This document shows positions 9,533-18,430 of a stretch of 64,000 bases of DNA, in pieces. The notes beneath the pieces are model-generated. The model saw only the letters and a program-made list of their open reading frames with translations, was not told the origin of the DNA and ran no database searches. The stretch comes from Thermodesulfobacteriota bacterium (GTDB lineage Bacteria; Desulfobacterota; Desulfobacteria; Desulfobacterales; SURF-7). The position numbers were made by a program, and so were the translations under genes. Location of the stretch: the NCBI GenBank assembly GCA_049320885.1, contig JBMORA010000039.1, positions 1-64,000 of the forward strand. The letters run 5' to 3'. Each line of letters begins with the position of its first letter. Within the stretch, counting starts at the first letter, position 1.

Positions 9533-11047
9533 TTACAGGTCGAATCCGCAATAGGACAAGTTGAAGCTTTTATTGTTGAGGGGGAAATCCGATATCCCCG
9601 TATTCCGTAGCGCCATGGCCAGACCGTTCCAGTTGTGAAAAGAGGGATCCTTGATTTTGTATCGCAGGATCTTGCCCGCGGTATCGGTCAGGACACAGTG
9701 GGACAGCTCGCCCCGCCAGGCCTCGTTGATGGTCACCACCAACGAATCCGGTTTTGGATCATGGCCGCCGCCGTCGATACAGACCGTTTCAATGGGCTGT
9801 TCCAGCAGCTCCAGGAGGATGGCAATGGATTGAAGCACTTCATTGGCCCGAATTTTGGCGCGGGCGTAAACATCGCCGTTCAACTCGACGGTTTCGTCGA
9901 TCCGCAGCAGCGGAAAATGCTCCGTGGGGAAAAACCGTCTGACGTCATAGGCAATGCCACAGGCCCGGGCCGCCGGACCCACCAGCCCCAACCGATCGGC
10001 ATCCAGGCGGCTGACCCGCCCGCACTCCTCGAATCGCGATCGAACACTGGGGGTGGAATACAACAGCAGGTCGATGACATGTTCCGCCTGGGTTTTCAAC
10101 TCCCGGAGGCGCTCCCCGAGGACTCGACGATCCGCATCCGTTATGGGGAAGCGGACGCCCCCCGGGCGCACCAGCCCCTTGCCGAAGCGGTTGCCGCAGA
10201 TCAGCAGGGTCAGATTCAAAAAGTCTCCCCGCATCCGGCCGAAATAATTGGCCGGTGGCAGGAAGGCGACATCGCCGCTCAGGGCCCCGAGATCACCCAT
10301 ATGGTTGGCGATTCTTTCCAGTTCCAGGGCGATGGTGCGGACGATGCGCGCCCCGGCGTCCGTCTGAATACCCGCCAGGGACTCCATGGCCTGGGCCATG
10401 CAGAGACTGTTGCCGATGGCCGTGTCGCCGGCGATGCCTTCGGCGATCACCGGCAGGCGCTTGGCATGGGAGCGGCATAGAAGAGTCTCCACGCCCCGGT
10501 GCTGATACCCCAGCTGGATTTCCAGATGCAGAACCCGTTCGCCGATGCAGTTGAACCGGAAATGCCCCGGCTCGATCACGCCCGCATGAACCGGACCAAC
10601 GGCCACCTCATGAATTTCGGGACCCTCCACGGTGTAGTACTGGTAGTTCCCGGGAATGTCTTCGGCATAGTCGTTGCCGAAAACATCCGGCAACCCGGTG
10701 CTGTTGGCGTGGTAGCGGACCATCTTCAGCCAGGGATGTTGTTCCGGTTTGATGCCGTATTGCTCGGCGATTTCGCGTTCGAACAGATGGAACGGCTCAC
10801 AGCGGCTGCTGAGGGCCGGATAGGCGGCGGGCGCATCGCACCCGGCCGCCAGCAGGGTTTTGTCGGTCCGAAGAACCGCCAGCAGTTTGATGGCGTTTCC
10901 ATCCGCGTAGGCAAAATAGTGAACGACGTTGCCGCCGAAGCGGATGATGGAGAGAACTTCCTGCTCGAACTCCGCAAAGCCGAGGTGGGGAATCTGGTTG
11001 CGGGAAACGGCCACACCGTTTTCAATACGTTGAAAAGCGGTATCCAT
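9533..11047 (-). CDS. hyfG: Hydrogenase-4-like large subunit (NuoC+NuoD fold) lacking NiFe-binding cysteines (EhrL)
   Basis: FEREIAEQYG, HPW, VGPVHAGVIEPGHFRF, LGYQHRGVE, ELERIANH, EAWRGE, KDPSFHNW. The two CxxC motifs are replaced by EGIAGD and KSFNLSYCGFDL. Confidence 0.88.
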   Translation of the reverse strand: MDTAFQRIENGVAVSRNQIPHLGFAEFEQEVLSIIRFGGNVVHYFAYADGNAIKLLAVLRTDKTLLAAGCDAPAAYPALSSRCEPFHLFEREIAEQYGIKPEQHPWLKMVRYHANSTGLPDVFGNDYAEDIPGNYQYYTVEGPEIHEVAVGPVHAGVIEPGHFRFNCIGERVLHLEIQLGYQHRGVETLLCRSHAKRLPVIAEGIAGDTAIGNSLCMAQAMESLAGIQTDAGARIVRTIALELERIANHMGDLGALSGDVAFLPPANYFGRMRGDFLNLTLLICGNRFGKGLVRPGGVRFPITDADRRVLGERLRELKTQAEHVIDLLLYSTPSVRSRFEECGRVSRLDADRLGLVGPAARACGIAYDVRRFFPTEHFPLLRIDETVELNGDVYARAKIRANEVLQSIAILLELLEQPIETVCIDGGGHDPKPDSLVVTINEAWRGELSHCVLTDTAGKILRYKIKDPSFHNWNGLAMALRNTGISDFPLNNKSFNLSYCGFDL

Positions 11048-12468
11048 TAAAACCCTCCGAAAGCGCTAGCGGCCTGGCTGATGGTTTGGGACAGGGAATC
11101 CGGCATCCAGCAACACAAGACCACCGAGGTCAGCAGCAGGAGGACCTGGGGCAGGACCATGTCGGCTTTTTCCTCGATTTTGCGGATGGCGGCATGATTG
11201 CCTTTGAAGGATATGTTCAGGGCATGGTGGGCGAATCCGGCAAAGACGATACAAAGGCTCAGAATAAAGATCCCGGCGCCGGTATAGTACCCTTTTTGGA
11301 AAGCGCCCATGATGATCATCATTTCGCCGAGGAAGATGCCGAAGGGCGGCATTCCGGAAATGCCGGCGAATCCGCCGAAAAAGACCGCGAAGGTGCCGGG
11401 CATGCGCCGGACGAGACCGGTGGTGTCCTCGATCAGGCGGCTGCCGTATTCCAGCAGGATGTTGCCCGAGGTCAGGAACAGGGAGGACTTGATCAAGCTG
11501 TGATGGATCAGGCAGATCAGCGCACCATAGGCCCCAAGCCCCCCCACGCCGGTGCCGAAGGAGATGATGCCCATGTTTTCGATGCTGGAATAGGCCAGAA
11601 GGCGTTTGTATTCACTCTGCTTGATGATGAAAGTGGCTGCCACCAGAATGGACATGAGGCCGAACACCATCAGGATCGCTCCGGAAAAGGACTGCAAGCC
11701 GGCGGCGGTCATGATTTTGTGGGTTCTGAAGATTCCCAGGTAGGCGCAGTTGAGCAACACGCCGGACAGCAGGGCCGATGCCGGACTGGGCGCTTCGCTG
11801 TGGGCGTCGGGCAGCCAGGTATGCATGGGAGCGAGGCCCATTTTGGTGCCGTATCCGACCAGGATCAGGATGAAACCGGCCTTCAGCCACAACGGATCGA
11901 GTTTTTCCGCGACCGTGGTGAGGGCGGAAAAGGAAACCGGCACGTCCACCCGGCCCACATCCATGGCAATGGTGATCAGGATGGATCCCAACAGGGCCAG
12001 GGCGATGCCCACCGAGCAGATCAACACGTATTTCCAGGTGGCTTCCAGGGAAGCGGCTGATCGGTGGGTATAAATCAGGGGGGCGCTGGCAAGGGTCGTG
12101 GCTTCAATGGCGATCCACATCACCATGATATGGTCCGCGATGGTGACCAGGGTCATGGTGCCCAGAAACAGCAGCATGAAACCGCAAAAAATATGTTCGG
12201 AATGGATATTCGATTTGTGAAGATATTCCTGGGAGTAGCAGGAAACCAGGAAAAACAGCAGCGAGATGACCAGCAGCGACAGCAGCCCGGCGGGAGTCAG
12301 GGCGAAATAGCCGCTCAGCAGCGGTTCCGGCCGGCTCGCGAACAGAAGGATGGAGAGCAGAAAATGCGCGATGCCGGTGATCAGCAGCAGCCTGCGCCCG
12401 TAAATCCCGGGCAGGAAGAAAGCAACTGCCCCGCTGAGAAAAGGCAGGAGGAAAACGAGTTCAACCAT
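11047..12468 (-). CDS. hyfF: Proton-conducting membrane subunit, HyfF/EhrD-like (NuoL/M/N antiporter family)
   Basis: WIAIEATTLAS, EATWKY, GYGTKMGLAPMHTWLPDAHSEAPSPASALLSG, KRLLAYSSIENMG. Confidence 0.9.
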   Translation of the reverse strand: MVELVFLLPFLSGAVAFFLPGIYGRRLLLITGIAHFLLSILLFASRPEPLLSGYFALTPAGLLSLLVISLLFFLVSCYSQEYLHKSNIHSEHIFCGFMLLFLGTMTLVTIADHIMVMWIAIEATTLASAPLIYTHRSAASLEATWKYVLICSVGIALALLGSILITIAMDVGRVDVPVSFSALTTVAEKLDPLWLKAGFILILVGYGTKMGLAPMHTWLPDAHSEAPSPASALLSGVLLNCAYLGIFRTHKIMTAAGLQSFSGAILMVFGLMSILVAATFIIKQSEYKRLLAYSSIENMGIISFGTGVGGLGAYGALICLIHHSLIKSSLFLTSGNILLEYGSRLIEDTTGLVRRMPGTFAVFFGGFAGISGMPPFGIFLGEMMIIMGAFQKGYYTGAGIFILSLCIVFAGFAHHALNISFKGNHAAIRKIEEKADMVLPQVLLLLTSVVLCCWMPDSLSQTISQAASAFGGF

Positions 12469-12479
12469 GCGGCGGCTTC

Positions 12480-13121
12480 CTATTCTTTTAGGGTTTTCAT
12501 CAAATCCGTATCCATGTCGTCAAAGGCCTGCCGGATATTCTGCAGAATGACGGCCATGATCATGACTCCGGCCAGAACGTCCAGCAGAATCCCGAATTCC
12601 ACAATATGGTAGGTGCGGGTGGAAAAGGTGGTTCCCACCAGATAGATGCCGTTTTCCATCATGATGTAACCCAGCACCATGGCAATGGCGTTGCGGTGGC
12701 CCATCAGCAGGAACATGCCGCCCGAAAGCAGGGCGATGGCGGTGGGCATCAGGAGCTTGTGGACGCTGGTGACCGGCAGATCGAAGCGATTGCTGACGAA
12801 AGTGGTCGCGATGATCAGACACAGCCAGGCAAGCATGGACGCATGCTGCCCGAAAATGGGCTCGACTTCTCTCCGGACAGCGACCTTGCGGATGGCCAGG
12901 TAAATACACAACGGAATCACGATGCCCCGGATCAAGATGGTGATCAGATTAAAGGCGATTCCGCCCAGGGAAAGATCGTGACCGATGAACAGGGGGACGG
13001 CGGACACCACGATGCCCTGGAAACCGATCACCTGGATCAATACCGGGAGACGGCTGGACGCGAAGGAAAACAAAATCGACAGCAGCACCAGGGACAGAAT
13101 GGTATCCACCGGTTGAATCAT
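12480..13121 (-). CDS. hyfE: Hydrogenase-4 membrane subunit HyfE/EhrC-like
   Basis: Small hydrophobic protein with FQG, GYIMMENGIY and EFGILLDV motifs; lies between the hyfC-like and hyfF-like genes. Confidence 0.85.
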   Translation of the reverse strand: MIQPVDTILSLVLLSILFSFASSRLPVLIQVIGFQGIVVSAVPLFIGHDLSLGGIAFNLITILIRGIVIPLCIYLAIRKVAVRREVEPIFGQHASMLAWLCLIIATTFVSNRFDLPVTSVHKLLMPTAIALLSGGMFLLMGHRNAIAMVLGYIMMENGIYLVGTTFSTRTYHIVEFGILLDVLAGVMIMAVILQNIRQAFDDMDTDLMKTLKE

Positions 13122-14035
13122 TTGACGACCTCCAGGGTGATGATGGTTGCAAAAAAGGCCAGGGCGAAGGACGTGAGAACGAATCGCGGTACTTTATCCA
13201 TGCGGAAGCGGGCGATGACCGATTCCGTGACGCCCACCGCCACATAGACCAGGAGCAGGGCCAGCGCGAAAAGGCCCATCCGAAAAACCGGATGATCGGG
13301 ACCGACGGGTGAAACCAATCCGGCGATCATGGCGGCGTAAAAGAAAAGTTTGCAGAAGGCCCCCATTTCAATGAAGCCGAAGTCCGGACCGCTGTGATCC
13401 AGGACCATGACTTCGTGAATCATGGTCAACTCCAGATGGGTGGCCGGGTCATCCACCGGCACCCGGGAGTTTTCCGTCAACAGGATCATGAAAAGGGAAA
13501 GGACCACGAACAGAAGCGGGGGGCCCGCCGTCTGCCAGAGCTGCAGGGACTGGCTGCCGGAAAAATACGCGGCAAGCCGCAGCTCGCCGCTCAGCAGGTG
13601 AAAGAGAATCAAGATCATGAACATGGCGGCTTCGCCGATAATGGGAAAATACGCTTCCCGGGCCGCGCCCATGCCTTCAAAGGGCGAGGCGGTGTCCATG
13701 GCGGCGGCGATGGTGAAAAAGCGTCCCAGGCCCAGGAGATACATGACGACGATAACGTCGCCTTCAAAAGAAATAACCGGTGACTGCCCGGCGATGGGCA
13801 GGAAAAGCAGGGCCGCGAGGACGGTGACCAGGGAAACCATGGGCCCCAGTTGGAAAACAGCCGTGGTGCTGCGGCTGTAAACCGATCCCTTTTTCAACAG
13901 CTTTGACAGGGTATAATAATGGATCGCCAGGGGCGGCCCCTGTTTGCCGCCGAAGAAAGCCTTGACTTTTAGAATGACCGCGGAAAGAAAAGGCGCCGAG
14001 ATCAATGCCAGGAACCAGAACAGGATGGATTTCAT
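13118..14035 (-). CDS. hyfC: Hydrogenase-4 membrane subunit HyfC/EhrB-like (NuoH family)
   Basis: GKQGPP, KLLKKG, DTASPFEGMGAARE, ENSRVPVDDPATHLELTMIHEVMVLDHSGPD. Confidence 0.9.
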   Translation of the reverse strand: MKSILFWFLALISAPFLSAVILKVKAFFGGKQGPPLAIHYYTLSKLLKKGSVYSRSTTAVFQLGPMVSLVTVLAALLFLPIAGQSPVISFEGDVIVVMYLLGLGRFFTIAAAMDTASPFEGMGAAREAYFPIIGEAAMFMILILFHLLSGELRLAAYFSGSQSLQLWQTAGPPLLFVVLSLFMILLTENSRVPVDDPATHLELTMIHEVMVLDHSGPDFGFIEMGAFCKLFFYAAMIAGLVSPVGPDHPVFRMGLFALALLLVYVAVGVTESVIARFRMDKVPRFVLTSFALAFFATIITLEVVK

Positions 14036-14067
14036 CGCACCGCCATGGGATCAGGGTTAATGGGGTT

Positions 14068-16026
14068 TCAAATAAAAAACAGCAAGACAATGATGGCCGC
14101 CAGGATATAGCCGATATACAGATGGATATCACCGTGCTGCAGCCACCGCAGCCGGTCAAACAGCCAGGTCACCGGCAACACGATGAACGGTATCAGGCGC
14201 AGCTCGGCAATGTCGTAGATATGGCTGTGATAATGGGTTTTCCGGGGGAAGCGCCCGGTGACGGGCGGGTGATTCTCCACCAGCGGCGCCGCCGGTCTGA
14301 AAAATTCCAGGATGGAGGCCGCATAGGAAGCCGCCGTATACTGCATTTTCGGCGCAGGCCGGGTGAATCCGCAACCCCATGTACCCGAAAGGCCCACGGG
14401 TTTTCCCCGGTACAGGTATGTCCGGAAAAGATAGAGCAGTGCGAACAGCAGCAAGACAACCAGCGCCGCAAGGGAAATGTTGGCGGTGATCCGGGAAAAA
14501 GGCTCCAGGGGGATGCGGCCGTACCCCAATCCCAAGCCGTTGACGGCCCGGACGGTCAGTTGTACGAAAAAACTGGGGAGAACACCGATCAGAATGCAGG
14601 CGGCGGCCAGGACCATCATGGGCAACCGCATGCTCGCTCCGACCTCATCCACCTGTTGCGCGGCCGGGGTGCGGGGCTCACCCTGAAAGACCACGCCGAC
14701 CACCTTGGAAAAACAGGCCAGGGCCAGACCGCCGATGACCGCCAGGCTGATGACGGCGCTCACGCTGAGGACGAAGTCCGTCCGGCTCAGGGCGGTTCCC
14801 TTGAAACCGCCCAGATAGATGAGGAACTCACTCACGAATCCGTTCAAGGGCGGAAGTCCCGAGATGGCCAGGGAGCCGATGAAAAACGTTGCACCGGTGA
14901 CGCGCATGCGTTTCAGGAGACCGCCCAGTTCATCCATGGTCCGGGCGCCGGTTTTTTGGAGCACCGCTCCAGCGCCCATGAAAAGCAGCGATTTGAAGAT
15001 GGAATGATTCAAGACATGCAGAAGCCCGCCGGCGAATCCCAACACGGCCATGACCGGCTTGCCCGATGAGACCCCGATCATGCCGATGCCCAGGCCCATC
15101 AGAATGATGCCGATGTTTTCCACGCTGTGATAGGCCAGCAGCCGCTTGAGATCGTGCTGTCCCAGGGCGTACACCACTCCCAGGACACCGGAGATCATGC
15201 CGGCTGTAAGGACCACTTCCCCGAAAAGCGGCACCGGATCATTCAGCAGCGTATAGATGCGCAGAATGCCGTAAATCCCGGTTTTGATCATGACGCCGGA
15301 CATGACGGCGGAAACATGACTGGGCGCCGCCGGGTGCGCATGGGGCAGCCAGACATGCAGCGGAAAAACCCCGGCCTTGGAGCCGAAACCGATAAAGGCA
15401 AACAGAAAAACCAGCGTCTTCGCCGTTCCGGAAAGAGTGTCCAGGTCACCAAATTCGAAGGCGCCGGTATGGGCATAGATGATTCCAAAGGCCGTCAGCA
15501 GAAACATGGCCCCGATGTGGGAAAAGACGAAATAGAGATAGCCGGCTTTCCGGTTTTCCGCCTCCTGGTAGTTGAACAGCACCAGGAAAAAGGAAGACAG
15601 GGACATGATTTCCCAGCAGAGCATGAACGTGACGATGTCGGCGGCGGTCACCACCAGAGCCATGGCGGCGACCAGGATACCGAAAAACAGATAGTGGAAG
15701 GCGGTGGCCAGATTTCTGCGGGGCTCATGCAGGTAATGATAACTGTAAACCGCTGCCAGCAAAGAGACGAAAAAGATCGTCACCAGGAAGAACGCCGACA
15801 GACCGTCGATTTCAAAGGAAAGACGGAACCGCCGCAGGTAATGGAACGACATTTGCGCCGTATCCCCCCGCAGCAGTCGGGAGCCGGCCTCATACAGCCC
15901 CATCAGGCATCCGGCGGCAATGGTCACGGAGCCGAAGGCTTTCATTGCCGTGTATTTCCGGTTCAGCAGCAAAACCGGAATCCCGCTTGACAACAAGATG
16001 AGTATCGCCGTCCAAAAAAGAGTCAT
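14068..16026 (-). CDS. hyfB: Hydrogenase-4 membrane subunit HyfB/EhrA-like (NuoL family)
   Basis: WEIMSLSSFFLV, KAGVFPLHVWLPHAHPAAPSHVSAVMSGVMIK, KRLLAYHSVENIG, WGCG, MQYTA, LQHGDIHLYIGY. Confidence 0.9.
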   Translation of the reverse strand: MTLFWTAILILLSSGIPVLLLNRKYTAMKAFGSVTIAAGCLMGLYEAGSRLLRGDTAQMSFHYLRRFRLSFEIDGLSAFFLVTIFFVSLLAAVYSYHYLHEPRRNLATAFHYLFFGILVAAMALVVTAADIVTFMLCWEIMSLSSFFLVLFNYQEAENRKAGYLYFVFSHIGAMFLLTAFGIIYAHTGAFEFGDLDTLSGTAKTLVFLFAFIGFGSKAGVFPLHVWLPHAHPAAPSHVSAVMSGVMIKTGIYGILRIYTLLNDPVPLFGEVVLTAGMISGVLGVVYALGQHDLKRLLAYHSVENIGIILMGLGIGMIGVSSGKPVMAVLGFAGGLLHVLNHSIFKSLLFMGAGAVLQKTGARTMDELGGLLKRMRVTGATFFIGSLAISGLPPLNGFVSEFLIYLGGFKGTALSRTDFVLSVSAVISLAVIGGLALACFSKVVGVVFQGEPRTPAAQQVDEVGASMRLPMMVLAAACILIGVLPSFFVQLTVRAVNGLGLGYGRIPLEPFSRITANISLAALVVLLLFALLYLFRTYLYRGKPVGLSGTWGCGFTRPAPKMQYTAASYAASILEFFRPAAPLVENHPPVTGRFPRKTHYHSHIYDIAELRLIPFIVLPVTWLFDRLRWLQHGDIHLYIGYILAAIIVLLFFI

Positions 16027-16124
16027 GCCGCCCCCCTGCTAATTTTCCTTTAACCCAAAATGTCTATTGTAAAAACGGCCAGAAGTCAATCGCCGGTTAC
16101 CTGCCGGAGGCATTTAGTAGAATA

Positions 16125-17105
16125 TCAAACTGTTATGCGCCAGCAGCGGTGAACCCGTTTCCTTTTACTGATGTAGTCCTCCGGAATGGTGGCATCCGTG
16201 ATTTCAACCACCGCGGTGGCATCCAGGCGATCCAGGCGCGGCGTGAAATCCTGGTGATTGGTGGAAAAGAAGATGAGGCCGCCTTTCCGCATGACGGCAA
16301 GAACGGCCTGGAGCAGCATCGGATGGTCCTTGGAAACATCGAACTCATAGTCCTTGCTGCGAATGATGGAAAACGAGGGCGGATCCACCACGGCCAGGTC
16401 AAAGAACCGGCCTTCCTTGCCGGCTTTTTTCAAAAAGTCGAACGTATGGGCATGAATCACCGGGTGGCCCTCTCTTGGAATAGCGTTCAATTCCATATTT
16501 TCCCGGGCCCATTTGACGGCTGTTTCCGAGCGATCCACCGAAACGGTGGACCGTGCGCCACCCAGGGCGGCATAACAGGTAAAGGTGGCGGTATAGCAGT
16601 ACAGGTTCAGGAAATCGCGTCCGGCGGCAAGTTCCCGCACCATCTGTCGGGTATTGCGGTGATCGGAAAAAAGACCGGTGTCCACATAGTCATGCGGGTT
16701 GACGTAAAACCGCAAATCCCGCTCGGCAACGATGATCTTCCGATCGGTATGGTCGAGGCGCTCATACCGCTTGCCGTCGTGCCTGCCGGTGCGCCTCTCC
16801 TTCAGGTGAATGTTTTCCGGGGGCACTTCCATTGCGGCGGCCACCGCCTGACCCATCATGGGCAGCCATTCCGGAACGGTCTGACGGCGGGTGTATTCCC
16901 CGATCACCAAATGGCCCGCGTACCAGTCCACCACCGCGCGGATTTCCGGTATGTCCCAGTCATACAACCGGAAAACCTCGATGCGCTGACCGGCGAACCG
17001 CTTGCGGAGGTGCCGGAAGCGTTTCCGGACCTTGTTGGCCAGCATCTCGGCCTGTGTAAGGAATTTGATCTGTTGTTCCGGGGAAAGCATCGGATCCTCA
17101 GACAC
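16125..17105 (-). CDS. Class I SAM-dependent rRNA methyltransferase, RlmK-like (C-terminal half of RlmKL)
   Basis: FRLYDWDIPE, YVDTGLFSDHR, FLNLYCYTATF, DPPSFS, FFSTN and C-terminal HRCW, as in the m7G2069 domain of RlmKL. Confidence 0.8.
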   Translation of the reverse strand: MSEDPMLSPEQQIKFLTQAEMLANKVRKRFRHLRKRFAGQRIEVFRLYDWDIPEIRAVVDWYAGHLVIGEYTRRQTVPEWLPMMGQAVAAAMEVPPENIHLKERRTGRHDGKRYERLDHTDRKIIVAERDLRFYVNPHDYVDTGLFSDHRNTRQMVRELAAGRDFLNLYCYTATFTCYAALGGARSTVSVDRSETAVKWARENMELNAIPREGHPVIHAHTFDFLKKAGKEGRFFDLAVVDPPSFSIIRSKDYEFDVSKDHPMLLQAVLAVMRKGGLIFFSTNHQDFTPRLDRLDATAVVEITDATIPEDYISKRKRVHRCWRITV

Positions 17106-17122
17106 TGCTCGAACCTGGGAGT

Positions 17123-17163
17123 AAATAAACAGGGGCGGAGATTCCCTGAGGAATTCCGCCCCT
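17123..17163 (-). terminator. Intrinsic terminator downstream of qmoC
   Basis: Minus strand AGGGGCGGAATTCC-TCAG-GGAATCTCCGCCCCT followed by GTTTATTT. Confidence 0.65.
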
Positions 17164-17193
17164 TGATCATTCGGTCAACGATGGCAACGGGTG

Positions 17194-18354
17194 TTACGCC
17201 GCTTTCTTCTCCCGTTCCGACCATTCATCGTAGGCCAGGGCCACGGTCCGGTAGACCAGATGGGCCAGCTTTGAGTAGGGCAGGAAGGCAAACAAATTAA
17301 ACACGAACATCAGGTGTACGAAATAGAGCAGATAGGAAAGGAAGGCCGCGTCGGCCAGCCGGGTCATTTCCGTCAACATGCCGGTGACGCCCAGACCCAG
17401 CACCAGGCCCAGCAGGTACCAATCTTTGTAGCTGCTGATCTGGTCTTTCTTGGACAGCCGTTCCTTGATCATCAGGGCGCTGCCGATCACCAGCGCCACG
17501 CCGGCGACATTGGCCAGCCATTTGACCGGGTTCAACTGGGAATAGGGTCCATGAATACCGAAAACATACAATACCACAAAGAAGATGTTGGTGACGATGA
17601 ACAGGCCGATGAAGGCATACAGCACCATCATATGGGAGGTGGCGCGTTCCTTGTTTTCACCGCATTCGGAAAACTTGCGGTGCTGGAGGATATTGGGGAT
17701 CACGCGCCCCAGGGCCTGGACAAAACCAACCGGGTCGATGGTTTTTCTGGTGGTTTTGCCGTCCCGCAGGGCGGAGGCATGAATGTCGGTGATAAACCGC
17801 TTCAGTCCCAGGGCGAAAACACCCACCACCATGCCCGCCAGGGGGACGAAAATCAAGTCCACCAGCCAGGTGTTGAAAAAATGGGCATGGACGATTTCAT
17901 CGCCGCCCGGAGAAAAATCGAGCCAGTTCACTCCGAAAACCTTCAGAATCAGGCCGAGGGTGATAAATACGACCGCCGGCAGGGCGATGAGCAGGGGCAG
18001 TTTCTGGGGATCGTTTACCAGCTTGGCCATGAACCTGGGGGTGGCGTATTCGCCGATGGCGTAAGAACGAACGGCGGCGAGAACGTCGCCGGGTTTGGCG
18101 CCGCGGGGGCACAGGGTGGAGCAGTCACCGCACTGATGGCAGAGCCAGATGTCGTGGTTGGCCACCAACCGGTCCTTCAGGCCCCAGGAGGCCGCGATCA
18201 TCTCCTTGCGGGGGAAGGGTTTGGTGTCCGGAGAGATGGGGCAGGCCACGGAACAGGTGGCGCATTGAAAGCATTTCTTGACGCTGTCGCCGCCCAGCCC
18301 GACAATTTCTTTAATAAAGCCGGAATCTGGCTCGACAAGATAATTTTCAGCCAT
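17194..18354 (-). CDS. qmoC: Quinone-interacting membrane-bound oxidoreductase subunit C
   Basis: CFQCATCSVACP and CHQCGDCSTLCP Fe-S motifs, then a membrane cytochrome-b-type domain (SHMMV, VHLMFV, PYSKLAHLVYR); downstream of qmoB. Confidence 0.95.
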   Translation of the reverse strand: MAENYLVEPDSGFIKEIVGLGGDSVKKCFQCATCSVACPISPDTKPFPRKEMIAASWGLKDRLVANHDIWLCHQCGDCSTLCPRGAKPGDVLAAVRSYAIGEYATPRFMAKLVNDPQKLPLLIALPAVVFITLGLILKVFGVNWLDFSPGGDEIVHAHFFNTWLVDLIFVPLAGMVVGVFALGLKRFITDIHASALRDGKTTRKTIDPVGFVQALGRVIPNILQHRKFSECGENKERATSHMMVLYAFIGLFIVTNIFFVVLYVFGIHGPYSQLNPVKWLANVAGVALVIGSALMIKERLSKKDQISSYKDWYLLGLVLGLGVTGMLTEMTRLADAAFLSYLLYFVHLMFVFNLFAFLPYSKLAHLVYRTVALAYDEWSEREKKAA

Positions 18355-18430
18355 AATGTTACCTCCTCAAAGCAGCAGGCGGCAGGTGATGCGCCACACT
18401 GCCGCGCTGCGTCTATGTTAACCGGTTGCG

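Noticed and set aside
9533..11047. Functional [NiFe] or [NiFeSe] hydrogenase large subunit
   Set aside because: Both CxxC motifs are absent and there is no in-frame TGA at a ligand position.
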